A stretch of 64,000 nucleotides of DNA from an uncultured Methanosarcinales archaeon (GTDB lineage Archaea; Nanobdellota; Nanobdellia; Woesearchaeales; UBA583), in contig CAZULG010000001.1 in assembly GCA_964621065.1 (NCBI GenBank), forward strand, positions 218,124-282,123, read 5' to 3'. The notes under the pieces were generated by a model. It searched no databases and was not told where the DNA came from. It saw nothing but the letters and a program-made list of their open reading frames with translations. Of the stretch, positions 28,082-37,699 are shown one piece after another. Position numbers and translations under genes: made by a program. Each line of letters starts with the position of its first letter. Position 1 is the first letter of the stretch.

Positions 28082-28549
28082 ATGGTAGAAAATTATAGAG
28101 ATACAGTTGCCGCCATCATTATCAACAAGAATAACAAAATTCTTATGTGCGAGCATATTTGGATTGATAATGCATGGCAATTCCCCCAAGGAGGAATAGA
28201 AGAGAATGAGAGCGAGGAAGATGCCTTATATAGAGAATTATATGAAGAAATTGGTACCAAAAATGTTGAAATTATTAAAAAGATGCCAAAAAAAATCACA
28301 TACAAATTCCCCTTTTATTTAAAATCAAAATACTTAATAGATGGACAAAAACAAACATATTTTTTAGTACATTTTTATGGAGATGATAGTGAAATTGTAT
28401 TTGATAAACAAGAAAAACCAGAATTTAAAAAATTTCAATGGGTCGATAGTACTGAGCCCCCTAAAAAAGTAATTTATTTTAAAAAACTTGCATATTTAGA
28501 AGCGTTAAATTTTTTTAAAAATGATATTTTGTCTTTTAAAAATAGATAA
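28082..28549 (+). CDS. Nudix hydrolase
   Basis: The Nudix box GGIEENESEEDALYRELYEEIG (G-x5-E-x7-REUxEExGU) is present. The start was moved from TTG to the in-frame ATG (MVENYRD...). Confidence 0.8.
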   Translation: MVENYRDTVAAIIINKNNKILMCEHIWIDNAWQFPQGGIEENESEEDALYRELYEEIGTKNVEIIKKMPKKITYKFPFYLKSKYLIDGQKQTYFLVHFYGDDSEIVFDKQEKPEFKKFQWVDSTEPPKKVIYFKKLAYLEALNFFKNDILSFKNR

Positions 28550-28584
28550 TATTATAATTAATTTTCATCATTATTTTATTAAGT

Positions 28585-29070
28585 TTATTCTACTTTAAAA
28601 TTATTTTTATTTTTTCTATTCCTATAATAGTGAATGGAGTAGAGAAGCAATGCCACGATTAGTATAATTATCACCACCGCATAAATTGCTAGAGGAACAA
28701 TTCTCTCTGATATCTCCTCTGAAACTATAACTTGCTCAGAATCTCTTGTATTTACATAAGAATTTGAAGAACTTTGTGATTCTTCTTTACTAGTGTTTTC
28801 TATAGACCTAGAGTCAATATCTTCTTCATATAAAGAAGGATCATATTCTGATTGTTCATTATTATTTTCACTATCATTGTTAGTAGATTCTACATCTTCT
28901 TCATATAATGAAGGGTCAAATTCTGATTGTTCATTATTATTTTCATTATCATTGTTAGTAGATTCTACATCTTCTTCATATAATGAAGGGTCAAATTCTT
29001 CGTTTGAAAATGAACTTGTTGTAAGTAAACATACACTTATAAATACAATAATTAGTCTTTGTACATTCAT
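28585..29070 (-). CDS. secreted acidic repeat protein with C-terminal membrane anchor
   Basis: 161 aa with a signal-like N-terminus, 2.5 copies of EFDPSLYEEDVESTNND(N/S)ENNNEQS, a C-terminal helix LAIYAVVIIILIVALLLYSI and a basic tail. Confidence 0.6.
   Translation of the reverse strand: MNVQRLIIVFISVCLLTTSSFSNEEFDPSLYEEDVESTNNDNENNNEQSEFDPSLYEEDVESTNNDSENNNEQSEYDPSLYEEDIDSRSIENTSKEESQSSSNSYVNTRDSEQVIVSEEISERIVPLAIYAVVIIILIVALLLYSIHYYRNRKNKNNFKVE
28811..28995 (-). repeat. 75-bp tandem direct repeat (two full units plus a partial), coding
   Basis: Units 28846-28920 and 28921-28995 differ at one position by eye (c/t, giving Asn to Ser). A diverged partial unit lies at 28811-28845. Confidence 0.85.
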
Positions 29071-29287
29071 ATAATACTTAATAGCTGTTTGATTATTATA
29101 TTTATCATTTCACTATAGAGTAAATATTAGTTTGATAAAATTACATATAAAAGTCAAAGTGAAATAATCGAGAAAATATTTAATTTACAGTTGTAGGAGT
29201 ATTTTTCTTACTCACTACCACCAAATTCATCTAAACTCGAGTTGAGTAATAGAAAAATATATAAAACAAATATTTAACATACTTATT

Positions 29288-29983
29288 ATGCACTATATTA
29301 AAGATATATTTGAAAAAAATTCATCACAACACGCCCACAATAAACTTATTCGATATTCAAAAGGAGAATTCACAGGACCTTTGTTAAAAGTAAAATTCTC
29401 TCCTTCCTTTATTAAATTATCAACATCATTTCATTTTATTGATGAAATACTTATTCTTTTAGCAAATCATTTAGGTGATGTAGAAGTTAATATTAAAGGA
29501 AGTTTGATTTGGAATCAAGACTTATCTGAAGAGTTAGAGCAACTTGGCATTTATTATTCAAAGGTGAGTAAAGCGAGAGGAATATTCAAGTACACACTTG
29601 ATAATACTGTGCGATTGAAACAATTTGTTGAATTATTTTCAACATACAATTTACTTGTTAATTTTAAATATCAAAATGTTTCAGTTGCTATGAAATCTGC
29701 GCTTCCAAAACCAAATAAGGAAATAACAGCTGATTTTTGTAAACTCACGTTTCCAAAAGAGATGGAGAAAATACTTCGAGATGAATTTTTATTTGATATT
29801 AAAGAACAGTGCAAAGAAGTTACAATTGAGCATAAAATTGTTGTTGATGATATTATTCTTCCTCAAGAAGAAGGACTTGATTTTGATAGTATAAGAAGAC
29901 TTGCAAAAAGAAAAGGAACACTATATAGAAAGATTATTATTGACTCTAAAGATACACTCTCACAAACAGATTTTGAAGTTTGA
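29288..29983 (+). CDS. hypothetical cytoplasmic protein
   Basis: 231-aa ORF with no recognisable motif. Confidence 0.45.
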   Translation: MHYIKDIFEKNSSQHAHNKLIRYSKGEFTGPLLKVKFSPSFIKLSTSFHFIDEILILLANHLGDVEVNIKGSLIWNQDLSEELEQLGIYYSKVSKARGIFKYTLDNTVRLKQFVELFSTYNLLVNFKYQNVSVAMKSALPKPNKEITADFCKLTFPKEMEKILRDEFLFDIKEQCKEVTIEHKIVVDDIILPQEEGLDFDSIRRLAKRKGTLYRKIIIDSKDTLSQTDFEV

Positions 29984-30068
29984 TATTGTGAAATCATAGT
30001 GTCTTAATTTATGAACTCATTACTTACTCAATACATATATTTAAATATCTTCTTAATTTCAACTATTT

Positions 30069-31370
30069 ATGAATAATCCTCTAGACCTCTTTAATATAAA
30101 TAGAACAAATAATGATAATTACAATAATTATAGAGCAAGTTTTAAAATCCAACATATATCTTACAAATTTGTTTTAACTCTGCTTTTATTGTTCACGATC
30201 ACTCCTCATATTTTCTCAACTTCTGAGCTCTCAATGTCAATTTCTTCTCAAGAACCTGATCCTCTTCGTCCTGGAAATTATGCTGATTTATCAATTATGC
30301 TTACAAATTCAGGCGATCGAGCTGTTCAAGAAGCTGTAATTGAGATTGAAGAAAATGAATTTTTAACACTTGCTGCAAATGAGAAAAAAACTAATACAAT
30401 AACAGTTCCTGCTTTTTCAAGTTCGCAAGATGGCTTTGTGATACTTAAAAAAAGAGTGTATGTGAGTGAAGATGCACCCATTGGAGAATTACAATTTGAT
30501 GTAAAAGCAAAAACACAAACTGCTGATTTTACAAAGACACTCTCTCTTGTGATTCGAGATTCAAAGCCTTCTCTAGAAATCATAACAACTCAAAATGAAA
30601 AAAATCTTACATACTCACCTGGTGAGTTGAAACCCTACACATTAAGACTTCAAAATAATCAAGATATCTCTCTTCAAAACGTAAAAATTTCAATGTTATT
30701 TGGTTCAGATGATGACTCATCTGAGCAAAGTTCTACGCAATTATCCAATACTCAATCCTCAAGTCCATTTTATATTAGCCCTGGTGTGAATTCGAAGCGA
30801 ATTTCACAGATTTCATCTAATGAAAATGTTGAAGTGACATTTAATTTGGGTGTTAGTCCTAGTGCTCAAATTCAGCCATACAAGTTGCCTGTTTTACTTG
30901 AGTATGAAGATGTACTAGGGAACACCTATGAAGAAGAGTTTGAGCTCTATATTATTGTAAATACACCCGTTGAGTTGCTTGTGAATTTGGATAGAGTAAC
31001 TAATAACCAAGCTACATTTTCAATAGCAAACCCAGGACCAGGTGTTGTTAGAGGAGCGTATGTGGATTTTAAAGATGAGAGTGGAGAAGTATTTTCAACA
31101 CAGTATTTAGGAAATTTAAACGCAGATGATTTTCAAACAATTCAAAGCGAAGTTCAAATGTCAAATTCCTCTCAAGACATTACACTTGATGTATATTATT
31201 CAGATGGATTTTATAATCAATACTCAACAACTCACACCTTCACTATTGATGAGATGACTCAAGAGTCAAATTCTTCCCTTCCATTAGTTATTATTGGAGT
31301 AGTAATTATTGTTGCATACATAAGTTATAGATATTATATGAAAAAAAAGAAATCTAGAGATGAAGATTAA
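30069..31370 (+). CDS. secreted CARDB/COG1361-like (S-layer-domain-like) protein with C-terminal anchor
   Basis: 433 aa. It has an N-terminal helix, repeated beta-sandwich-like modules (PGNYADLSIMLTNSGDRAVQEAVIEIE; KPYTLRLQNNQDISLQNVKISM; ATFSIANPGPGVVRGAYVDF) and a C-terminal helix LPLVIIGVVIIVAYISYRYY followed by a basic tail. Confidence 0.6.
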   Translation: MNNPLDLFNINRTNNDNYNNYRASFKIQHISYKFVLTLLLLFTITPHIFSTSELSMSISSQEPDPLRPGNYADLSIMLTNSGDRAVQEAVIEIEENEFLTLAANEKKTNTITVPAFSSSQDGFVILKKRVYVSEDAPIGELQFDVKAKTQTADFTKTLSLVIRDSKPSLEIITTQNEKNLTYSPGELKPYTLRLQNNQDISLQNVKISMLFGSDDDSSEQSSTQLSNTQSSSPFYISPGVNSKRISQISSNENVEVTFNLGVSPSAQIQPYKLPVLLEYEDVLGNTYEEEFELYIIVNTPVELLVNLDRVTNNQATFSIANPGPGVVRGAYVDFKDESGEVFSTQYLGNLNADDFQTIQSEVQMSNSSQDITLDVYYSDGFYNQYSTTHTFTIDEMTQESNSSLPLVIIGVVIIVAYISYRYYMKKKKSRDED

Positions 31371-31433
31371 TGACGATATTTACTAAGTAGTGTTATAATA
31401 TCATCTCAAGTCAATCTTAATAAAAAGTTATAA

Positions 31434-32600
31434 ATGGTACATACAGATTTTTATAAAATATCAATTAAAGATATATGGAAAAAGAAATTCTCAACATCTC
31501 TAACTATTCTCTCAATATCACTTGGAATTTTATCTATTTTTGTGATTTTAAGTATTACGCAGAGTTTTAATCAAAGTATTGAAGCGCAACTTGAAACATT
31601 TGGAGCAAATAAAATTATGGTTCAAAAAACAAGTGGAGCTGATGAGAGAATATTTACACAAAACACAATCGATGGTTTAGAGAGGAACGCTAATATTGAA
31701 GAGATTTATGGTCTCACGCAAGCTAGAATTCAAATAGAAAATGGAGGAGAGTTTAGAACAGTTTCAGTTCTTGCAAGTGAGTTGAGTGAGGATTTTTTAG
31801 ACGATATGAACCTTGATATTAAACGAGGAATTGCTCCAGATGAGCGCTCTGATTTTATTGTCGTGTTAGGGCCTCTTGCTGCTGAAGAGTTATTTTCTCA
31901 AGAATTGTCAGTTGGAAGTTCTATTTCTATTGCAAATACACGATTTAGAGTGAGTGCAATTTTAGAAGAAGTTGGAAATCCTCAAGATGATAATACAGTT
32001 TATATGCAATATAGTGTGTTAGAAGATTTTGGAGTTGTAGATGATTTTGATATGCTCTCAGTTACTATTTCAGATACTGAGCGTGTTGATTCAACTCAAG
32101 AAAACATTGAGATTTATTTTGAGAGAAATTTTGGAGAAGAACAAGTTAATGTATTAACATCAAGAGATATTTTAAATCAACTCAATTCAATTACAGGACT
32201 CATCACTTCTGTTTTGGGAGGAATTGGAGTTATTTCACTCATTGTTGGAGCACTTGGTATTTTAAACACTATGTTTGTGATTGTAACTGAGAAAATAAAA
32301 GATATTGGTATTATGAAATCAATTGGTGCACAAAACTCTACTATTTTATTATTCTTTATGATTCAAGCTGCAACGTTTGGAGTATTAGGAGCAATTATAG
32401 GAGTAGGGATTGGATGTTTAGCATTGTATGGAATTCAACTAACGCTTCAAATCCTTGGTTACACATTTTTAACTATTGTTTACTCTCCACTCATTATGTT
32501 TCAAATGCTCATTTTTGGTACAATTGTTGGAGTATTATCTGGATTACTTCCTTCATATGTTGCTTCAAAAATTAGTGTTATTGATACATTGAGAATGTAG
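31434..32600 (+). CDS. ABC transporter permease, FtsX/MacB-like
   Basis: 388 aa. Topology is TM1, a large periplasmic-type domain, then three TMs, with DIGIMKSIGAQNSTILLFFMIQA and C-terminal SKISVIDTLR typical of COG0577. Confidence 0.8.
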   Translation: MVHTDFYKISIKDIWKKKFSTSLTILSISLGILSIFVILSITQSFNQSIEAQLETFGANKIMVQKTSGADERIFTQNTIDGLERNANIEEIYGLTQARIQIENGGEFRTVSVLASELSEDFLDDMNLDIKRGIAPDERSDFIVVLGPLAAEELFSQELSVGSSISIANTRFRVSAILEEVGNPQDDNTVYMQYSVLEDFGVVDDFDMLSVTISDTERVDSTQENIEIYFERNFGEEQVNVLTSRDILNQLNSITGLITSVLGGIGVISLIVGALGILNTMFVIVTEKIKDIGIMKSIGAQNSTILLFFMIQAATFGVLGAIIGVGIGCLALYGIQLTLQILGYTFLTIVYSPLIMFQMLIFGTIVGVLSGLLPSYVASKISVIDTLRM

Positions 32601-32698
32601 TAGATGAAACTCAAAGTTTATATTTTGTTTTCTACTTTAGTTTTTATTACTAACTTCTTTAGATGTTAATTAAAAAATTAATTAGATGTTAGATTTTG

Positions 32699-35284
32699 TT
32701 ATTCATCTAAATAATGCTGTTCTAATAAATCTTGCATTGATGAACCTTTAATAATTGCTTTTCTCAAAAATGGTGCTTTTGAAGTATCCCCTAGTAAAAT
32801 TCCTCCTACAAATTGATTTTTATGAAAATATAATCTTCGATAGACTTCTCGCTCTTGATCTGCGAGTTCAAGAATTTGATAATGCATGTCTTGTTTCTCA
32901 CCAATATCTCCAATTGAGAATAACTCATAATTAAACCCAGTGTAGTTAAAAGAAGTTGGAACCTCCCTATATGTAATTGAATTATCCCCTACAGCATTTG
33001 CTCCTGCAACTGCTCCTTGTTCTTTTGCAATTGACCAAATTCCTCCTAACTTCCCACTCCACTGAGCAACATCACCTACAGCATAGACATTTTCAACTGA
33101 AGTTTGCATACTATCATTAACTAAAATTCCTCTATCTAACTCAATTGGAGTGTTTTTAACTAAATCAGTATTAAGAGAAATTCCAACCATTCTCAAAACC
33201 ATTTGAGATGTAATTGTCTTTTTACTATGTGCAAGTTTTACCCCACATACAGTATTCAAATCTTCTCCTGTTCCATAAATTTCTTCAGTGATTTCGTTAG
33301 TATAAATTGTAAGCCCTTGATTCTCTAAGTGGTTTTGAAGAATTGTTGAAGCGTCTGTATCGAGTTGTTTAAACATTAATCGAGGCGCACATTCAACAAT
33401 TGTCACCTTTTTTCCAAGTGTTGTGAGTGATTGAGATGCTTCTAGAGCTAAAATTCCTCCTCCAATAATTGTAACTTCTTCTACCCAGTCTTGCTGAGCA
33501 TATTCACGAATTGCATCAAAGTCTTCTTGTCCTCGCAAATCAAACACTCCTCGTTTATCATCACCATGAATTGGAATTTTTCTACTTTTTGCTCCTGTTG
33601 CAATAATGAGTTTATCATAATGCTTAGTAGAATTATCTTCAAGCACAACTTCTTGCTCTTGTGTGTTAATCGTTTTTACTTTTGTATTTAGTGTTAATAT
33701 AATATTATTCTCATCAAACCACTCTTGCTCTTTGATATGTGTAAACGCATTTTGACAATGAAGTCTTTTAGATAGCAATATCCTATAGTAGGGCAAAATA
33801 TCATCTGCACTTATGATTTCAACTGAGCAATTTGTATTTCGTGCGCGAATTGCTTGAGCTGCATTAACTGCTGCTACTCCTGAACCAATGATGATAATTG
33901 ACTCGTTTGAATCACTTTTGTATGATACTTCAACGGGTTCATATACTACTGCATGAACTCCTGGCGATCTACAATACGCACAAGGATCATTTTTCTCCTC
34001 AGCTTGTGTGATTTCGCCACAAACAAGACATTGCCAATATCCAGTTTTTTTAGCAGTTGAGGAGAATGTTGGAGCCTCGTTTTGTTTGCTCAGTAGTTTT
34101 TGAATAAAACCTTGGGCAAAATTGTCAATTTCTTGCTCTTTTTCGCTGCTATGAGGACTGAGTCTAATTTTAAGCCCTGGTCTAAATACATCTGATTTGA
34201 GCTGTGTGAGTCGTGATTCTATATGATTAACTGCTTCTCCTGTCCATCCAAAACTCCCAAATGCTGCTGCTAATTTGTGTTCGCAATTATAACTTAATAA
34301 ATGTGTGAGTACATTCCAAATAGGTGGTACTGCATCACACGCAATTGTAGGAGAACCGATAAGATATGCCCCTGCAGTATTAATTTCGTGAAGTGCTTTT
34401 GATTGAGATTCGTAGGTTATATCAACTAATTTTGGAATAAATTCTGCCTCTTCAAGTTGTGCTGCTATTCGTTTTGCCATATAATGAGTATATCCATGCG
34501 CTGAAACATATACAACTGCTACTTTTTTCTTCTCTACTTGCTCAACGCTTGACCAATCAAGATATGAATTTATAATTTGTTTAGGTTCAATTCGATTAAT
34601 TGGACCAAATGAAGGAGCGAGTATTTGAATATCTTGTTCTACTACTTTTTCCATTACCTTATGAACAAAATTATTATGAGGATGAAAAATACAGCTATAT
34701 TGTTGATAGAGTGCGTGTTCATATTTTTCGGGTTCTCTCACTTCATCTCTAAATACTTCTTGTGAGCAATAATGTGCTGAGAATACCCCTCCACTGAGTA
34801 ATACTAAATCCGGACATACAAGAGGTAACATTGCATCAGGCCATGGAAGATTTGGTGCGAGCGTGAATTTGATTGTTACATCTCCTAAAGTTAATATTTC
34901 ATTTGCGCGTGCTTCAAAGTTTTTAAACGATGTATTTATCACGTGCTTTAAAAATGTCATAGCTCCAAGAGTTCCTACAACAATTAATTCAGGATTCAAT
35001 TCAAGAAGATATGAGAGCGCTTCACTATGAGAAGGTTGAGACTGTGTTATAATGATGTGTGTGAGTTTGTTCATATCAATATATTTAGAGAGTTCTTCAA
35101 CCATCTCTTTTGCTCCATTGAGTCTTCCAGGATCAACTAATGCATATCCTTCATTACTTTTAATCACGTAAGTATTATACGTAGTACCATTTTCTGTTTT
35201 GACAAAAATGTCATATACAGTCTCATTTGGGCGTAGATTTCTCAGAACTGAAACATGCTCAGAAATATCTAAAAATTGAAACAT
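32699..35284 (-). CDS. multidomain flavodiiron-like protein: beta-lactamase-like core + flavodoxin + rubredoxin-like Cys4 + NAD(P)H:rubredoxin oxidoreductase-like module
   Basis: 861 aa. Flavodoxin motifs are VAVVYVSAHGYTHYMA, GSPTIACDAVPPIW and AAFGSFGWTGEAV. The Cys4 element is CLVCGE...CAYCRSPG. The dinucleotide folds are IIIIGSGVAAVNAA and VTIIGGGILALEAS, followed by YAVGDVA. The diiron-ligand positions look substituted (see findings). Confidence 0.85.
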   Translation of the reverse strand: MFQFLDISEHVSVLRNLRPNETVYDIFVKTENGTTYNTYVIKSNEGYALVDPGRLNGAKEMVEELSKYIDMNKLTHIIITQSQPSHSEALSYLLELNPELIVVGTLGAMTFLKHVINTSFKNFEARANEILTLGDVTIKFTLAPNLPWPDAMLPLVCPDLVLLSGGVFSAHYCSQEVFRDEVREPEKYEHALYQQYSCIFHPHNNFVHKVMEKVVEQDIQILAPSFGPINRIEPKQIINSYLDWSSVEQVEKKKVAVVYVSAHGYTHYMAKRIAAQLEEAEFIPKLVDITYESQSKALHEINTAGAYLIGSPTIACDAVPPIWNVLTHLLSYNCEHKLAAAFGSFGWTGEAVNHIESRLTQLKSDVFRPGLKIRLSPHSSEKEQEIDNFAQGFIQKLLSKQNEAPTFSSTAKKTGYWQCLVCGEITQAEEKNDPCAYCRSPGVHAVVYEPVEVSYKSDSNESIIIIGSGVAAVNAAQAIRARNTNCSVEIISADDILPYYRILLSKRLHCQNAFTHIKEQEWFDENNIILTLNTKVKTINTQEQEVVLEDNSTKHYDKLIIATGAKSRKIPIHGDDKRGVFDLRGQEDFDAIREYAQQDWVEEVTIIGGGILALEASQSLTTLGKKVTIVECAPRLMFKQLDTDASTILQNHLENQGLTIYTNEITEEIYGTGEDLNTVCGVKLAHSKKTITSQMVLRMVGISLNTDLVKNTPIELDRGILVNDSMQTSVENVYAVGDVAQWSGKLGGIWSIAKEQGAVAGANAVGDNSITYREVPTSFNYTGFNYELFSIGDIGEKQDMHYQILELADQEREVYRRLYFHKNQFVGGILLGDTSKAPFLRKAIIKGSSMQDLLEQHYLDE

Positions 35285-35404
35285 AATACATTATGATGTT
35301 TACAACATATAAAATTTCGTTGCTATTAAAAGGTTATGATGATAAGTAAACATAAATTTTTACTTATTATTGTAGAATAATTTTTTGGTATTACTTCATA
35401 TTTT

Positions 35405-36412
35405 TTATTTTCCTTTTTGTTTTTTTTCAATAACATACACATAACAAGTTCTTGAAGTATCAAAGGGATGTGGTAGCTCGTGACACAATACTAATTTTAA
35501 ACGGTATTTTCTAAATGTAAGTTGTTTAATTTTATACTCACTAAGTAGCGAGATTCCAAATGTTGTAATGAATTCTGCTTGATAAAGAAAATAATCGATA
35601 AACTCATCAAACTCTGCTTGTGAGGTATTGAACGAAAATTGTTCCAATATTTCTTTTTTAGAGTTAATGTAGGTTGGTGTGAGTAATGATGGGAATACAT
35701 AACTAAATTGATTAGAAATAAATTTTACATCAAGAAGCTCAGTTTCGATAATTGATGGACGAATTTTTATACGTGCTCTTGCAACTTCTTCTCGTATTTG
35801 CTTAAATAATTCTTGGTGATGTGTGAGTACTTGAAATTGTTTAATTTGAATATTAGAAGTATTTTGCACAGTATCTTTGGGGTAGGGAAGATGAATAGAA
35901 GGTTGATTTGAAGATATGTTAATATTATGCCTTTTAGATATATTGTGAGGAAGTTGCTCTAAAATTTTTGTACTCTCAACGCATAATGTTGAATTCATTG
36001 AGAATATATCAATAATTGATACTTTTTTTGAGAGCTTGAATTGTTCTTCAAAATGTTGCAAAGTTTTTTTGATTAAATATTGAATATGAAATAACTCTTT
36101 TTCTCGTTCTTGTTCATAATATAAAAAATACTCTCGTCTTGAAAATTGTGCTTGAAAAACATGTTCTCCTTTGTTATTTGTAATTGAGTAAAACGGATGA
36201 ATATAGTAGAGTAAATACGAGAGGAACTCATTGAGGTGAGCTTTTGAAATATCTTGAGATATACTAATCTCCAGATAATTATGTGTTGTATTGAGCGTTG
36301 TGGTTATATATGTTGGAATAACATTATTAAAATAAGTTGTAAGTTTATGTTCATATTCAGCAACCAACTCCTTCATAAATGTATGATATTTAAGATATAA
36401 CACAATAGACAT
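35405..36412 (-). CDS. hypothetical protein
   Basis: 335-aa ORF with no confident motif. A weak methyltransferase-like resemblance is listed under rejected items. Confidence 0.45.
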   Translation of the reverse strand: MSIVLYLKYHTFMKELVAEYEHKLTTYFNNVIPTYITTTLNTTHNYLEISISQDISKAHLNEFLSYLLYYIHPFYSITNNKGEHVFQAQFSRREYFLYYEQEREKELFHIQYLIKKTLQHFEEQFKLSKKVSIIDIFSMNSTLCVESTKILEQLPHNISKRHNINISSNQPSIHLPYPKDTVQNTSNIQIKQFQVLTHHQELFKQIREEVARARIKIRPSIIETELLDVKFISNQFSYVFPSLLTPTYINSKKEILEQFSFNTSQAEFDEFIDYFLYQAEFITTFGISLLSEYKIKQLTFRKYRLKLVLCHELPHPFDTSRTCYVYVIEKKQKGK

Positions 36413-36627
36413 ACTATAATAAGAAGTTAGTAATTTATAATTCTTTACTAATTTTAATTTGATTTTAATTATTATTTAATTAAAATTATATTTGTAAGAC
36501 TTTATTCATGAAAGTGTAATAATTCAAAAATATCTCCAATATAGTATAATCAGTAGAAATTGATTTTTTGTTTAACTTCTCAACGATTACAAGAGTTTAA
36601 ATAATTAAAATCTTCAATATTACTAAA

Positions 36628-36996
36628 ATGCCTCATCAATGTATAAACTGTGGAACAATTCACGATGATACTTCTAATGCAATCTTGAGTGGCTGTACAA
36701 ATTGTGGTAAAAAATTGTTTCTCTATATTAAATCATCTAAAAAAGAGACAGTGCAAGAAGAAATTGAGCTTACTCAACAAAATAAAGAAGCGATTTTACA
36801 AGAAATTGAACAAAATGTTGGAACGCTTGATCCACAAACACCTATTTTTTTAAAAGTTGAAAATATTCATGTAATCTCCCCAGGAAAGTATGAAATTGAT
36901 ATTAACCAACTCCTTAGAAAAGAAAAACCACTCATTTACAAAGTAGGAGATGGAACATTTGTCATTGATTTGGAATACTTGCAATCAAAACATTAA
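36628..36996 (+). CDS. Zn-ribbon protein (archaeal COG3364/DUF2072-like)
   Basis: MPHQCINCGTIHDDTSNAILSGCTNCGKKLFLYIK shows an N-terminal CxxC...CxxC ribbon followed by a small domain. Length is 122 aa. Confidence 0.6.
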   Translation: MPHQCINCGTIHDDTSNAILSGCTNCGKKLFLYIKSSKKETVQEEIELTQQNKEAILQEIEQNVGTLDPQTPIFLKVENIHVISPGKYEIDINQLLRKEKPLIYKVGDGTFVIDLEYLQSKH

Positions 36997-37030
36997 ATAA
37001 ATTAGAGTATTGAAGATTAATTATATAAAA

Positions 37031-37693
37031 ATGGTAGCTACGAAAAAAACAACTCCTAAAACTGATATGAATTCTAAACTTGATAAAATGCTGAAAAATC
37101 AAGAAATTATTATTGAAAATGAGCAAAAAATTTTAGGAGAAGAAGCTCGAATTATATCTAAAGAAGAAGAAATTGAAAATTTTGAGAGAGAAGAGTTTTC
37201 TAAAGAAGAAAGTGAAATACATGATGAAAAGACTGCGCTTGATGGATTGTTAGAATTACAACAAAAACTTGAGAACCACTCAAAGCAATCAATGCGAAAA
37301 ATTACAAAAAAAGATTTCTTTAAAGGATTTATCGGATCGTTTATTGGAGTAATTAGTCATTTTGCATTCATTAAAGCAGTTGATGTATCAGCTGAGTTAA
37401 GCTTCACTCGTGCAAGTGCTCTGTATGTTGTTGCAGCTGTAATTATCATAACTATGCTCTACTACACAGGCTTTAAACAAATTCAAAAGCGTCTTATTTT
37501 TAGTTTTATACCTCTTCGAGCAACTATTTTATACGTAGTTTCAATTTTTACAATTCTCTTTGTTAATTTTTTATTTGGACAAATTGAGAGTTATCAACCA
37601 TTAGATTTATATAACTTGATTGCTGCTAATATAATACTCGCAGTCATTGGAGCAGGAACTGCTGATTTAATTGGTAGAGTGGAGGAAGAATAA
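37031..37693 (+). CDS. membrane protein with N-terminal coiled coil (DUF2391-like, family tentative)
   Basis: About 100 charged helical residues are followed by four hydrophobic helices (FIGSFIGVISHFAFI, ALYVVAAVIIITMLYY, ILYVVSIFTILFVNFLF, IAANIILAVIGAGTADLIG). The start was moved from TTG to ATG. Confidence 0.5.
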   Translation: MVATKKTTPKTDMNSKLDKMLKNQEIIIENEQKILGEEARIISKEEEIENFEREEFSKEESEIHDEKTALDGLLELQQKLENHSKQSMRKITKKDFFKGFIGSFIGVISHFAFIKAVDVSAELSFTRASALYVVAAVIIITMLYYTGFKQIQKRLIFSFIPLRATILYVVSIFTILFVNFLFGQIESYQPLDLYNLIAANIILAVIGAGTADLIGRVEEE

Positions 37694-37699
37694 TAAAAA

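Noticed and set aside
28811-28995. Tandem repeats considered as a possible CRISPR array or minisatellite
   Set aside because: The 75-bp units are directly adjacent with no spacers. They are in frame and encode a repeated acidic peptide within a signal-peptide-bearing ORF. They are not CRISPR.
35405-36412. 335-aa ORF considered as a degenerate THUMP/UPF0020-type RNA methyltransferase
   Set aside because: SIIDIFSMNSTLCVES can be laid over motif I (DPFCGSGTILIEA), and IHLPYPKD over motif IV (NPPYG). However, the glycines and the N/D-PPY core are all changed, and the resemblance could be chance. It needs a profile search before any claim.
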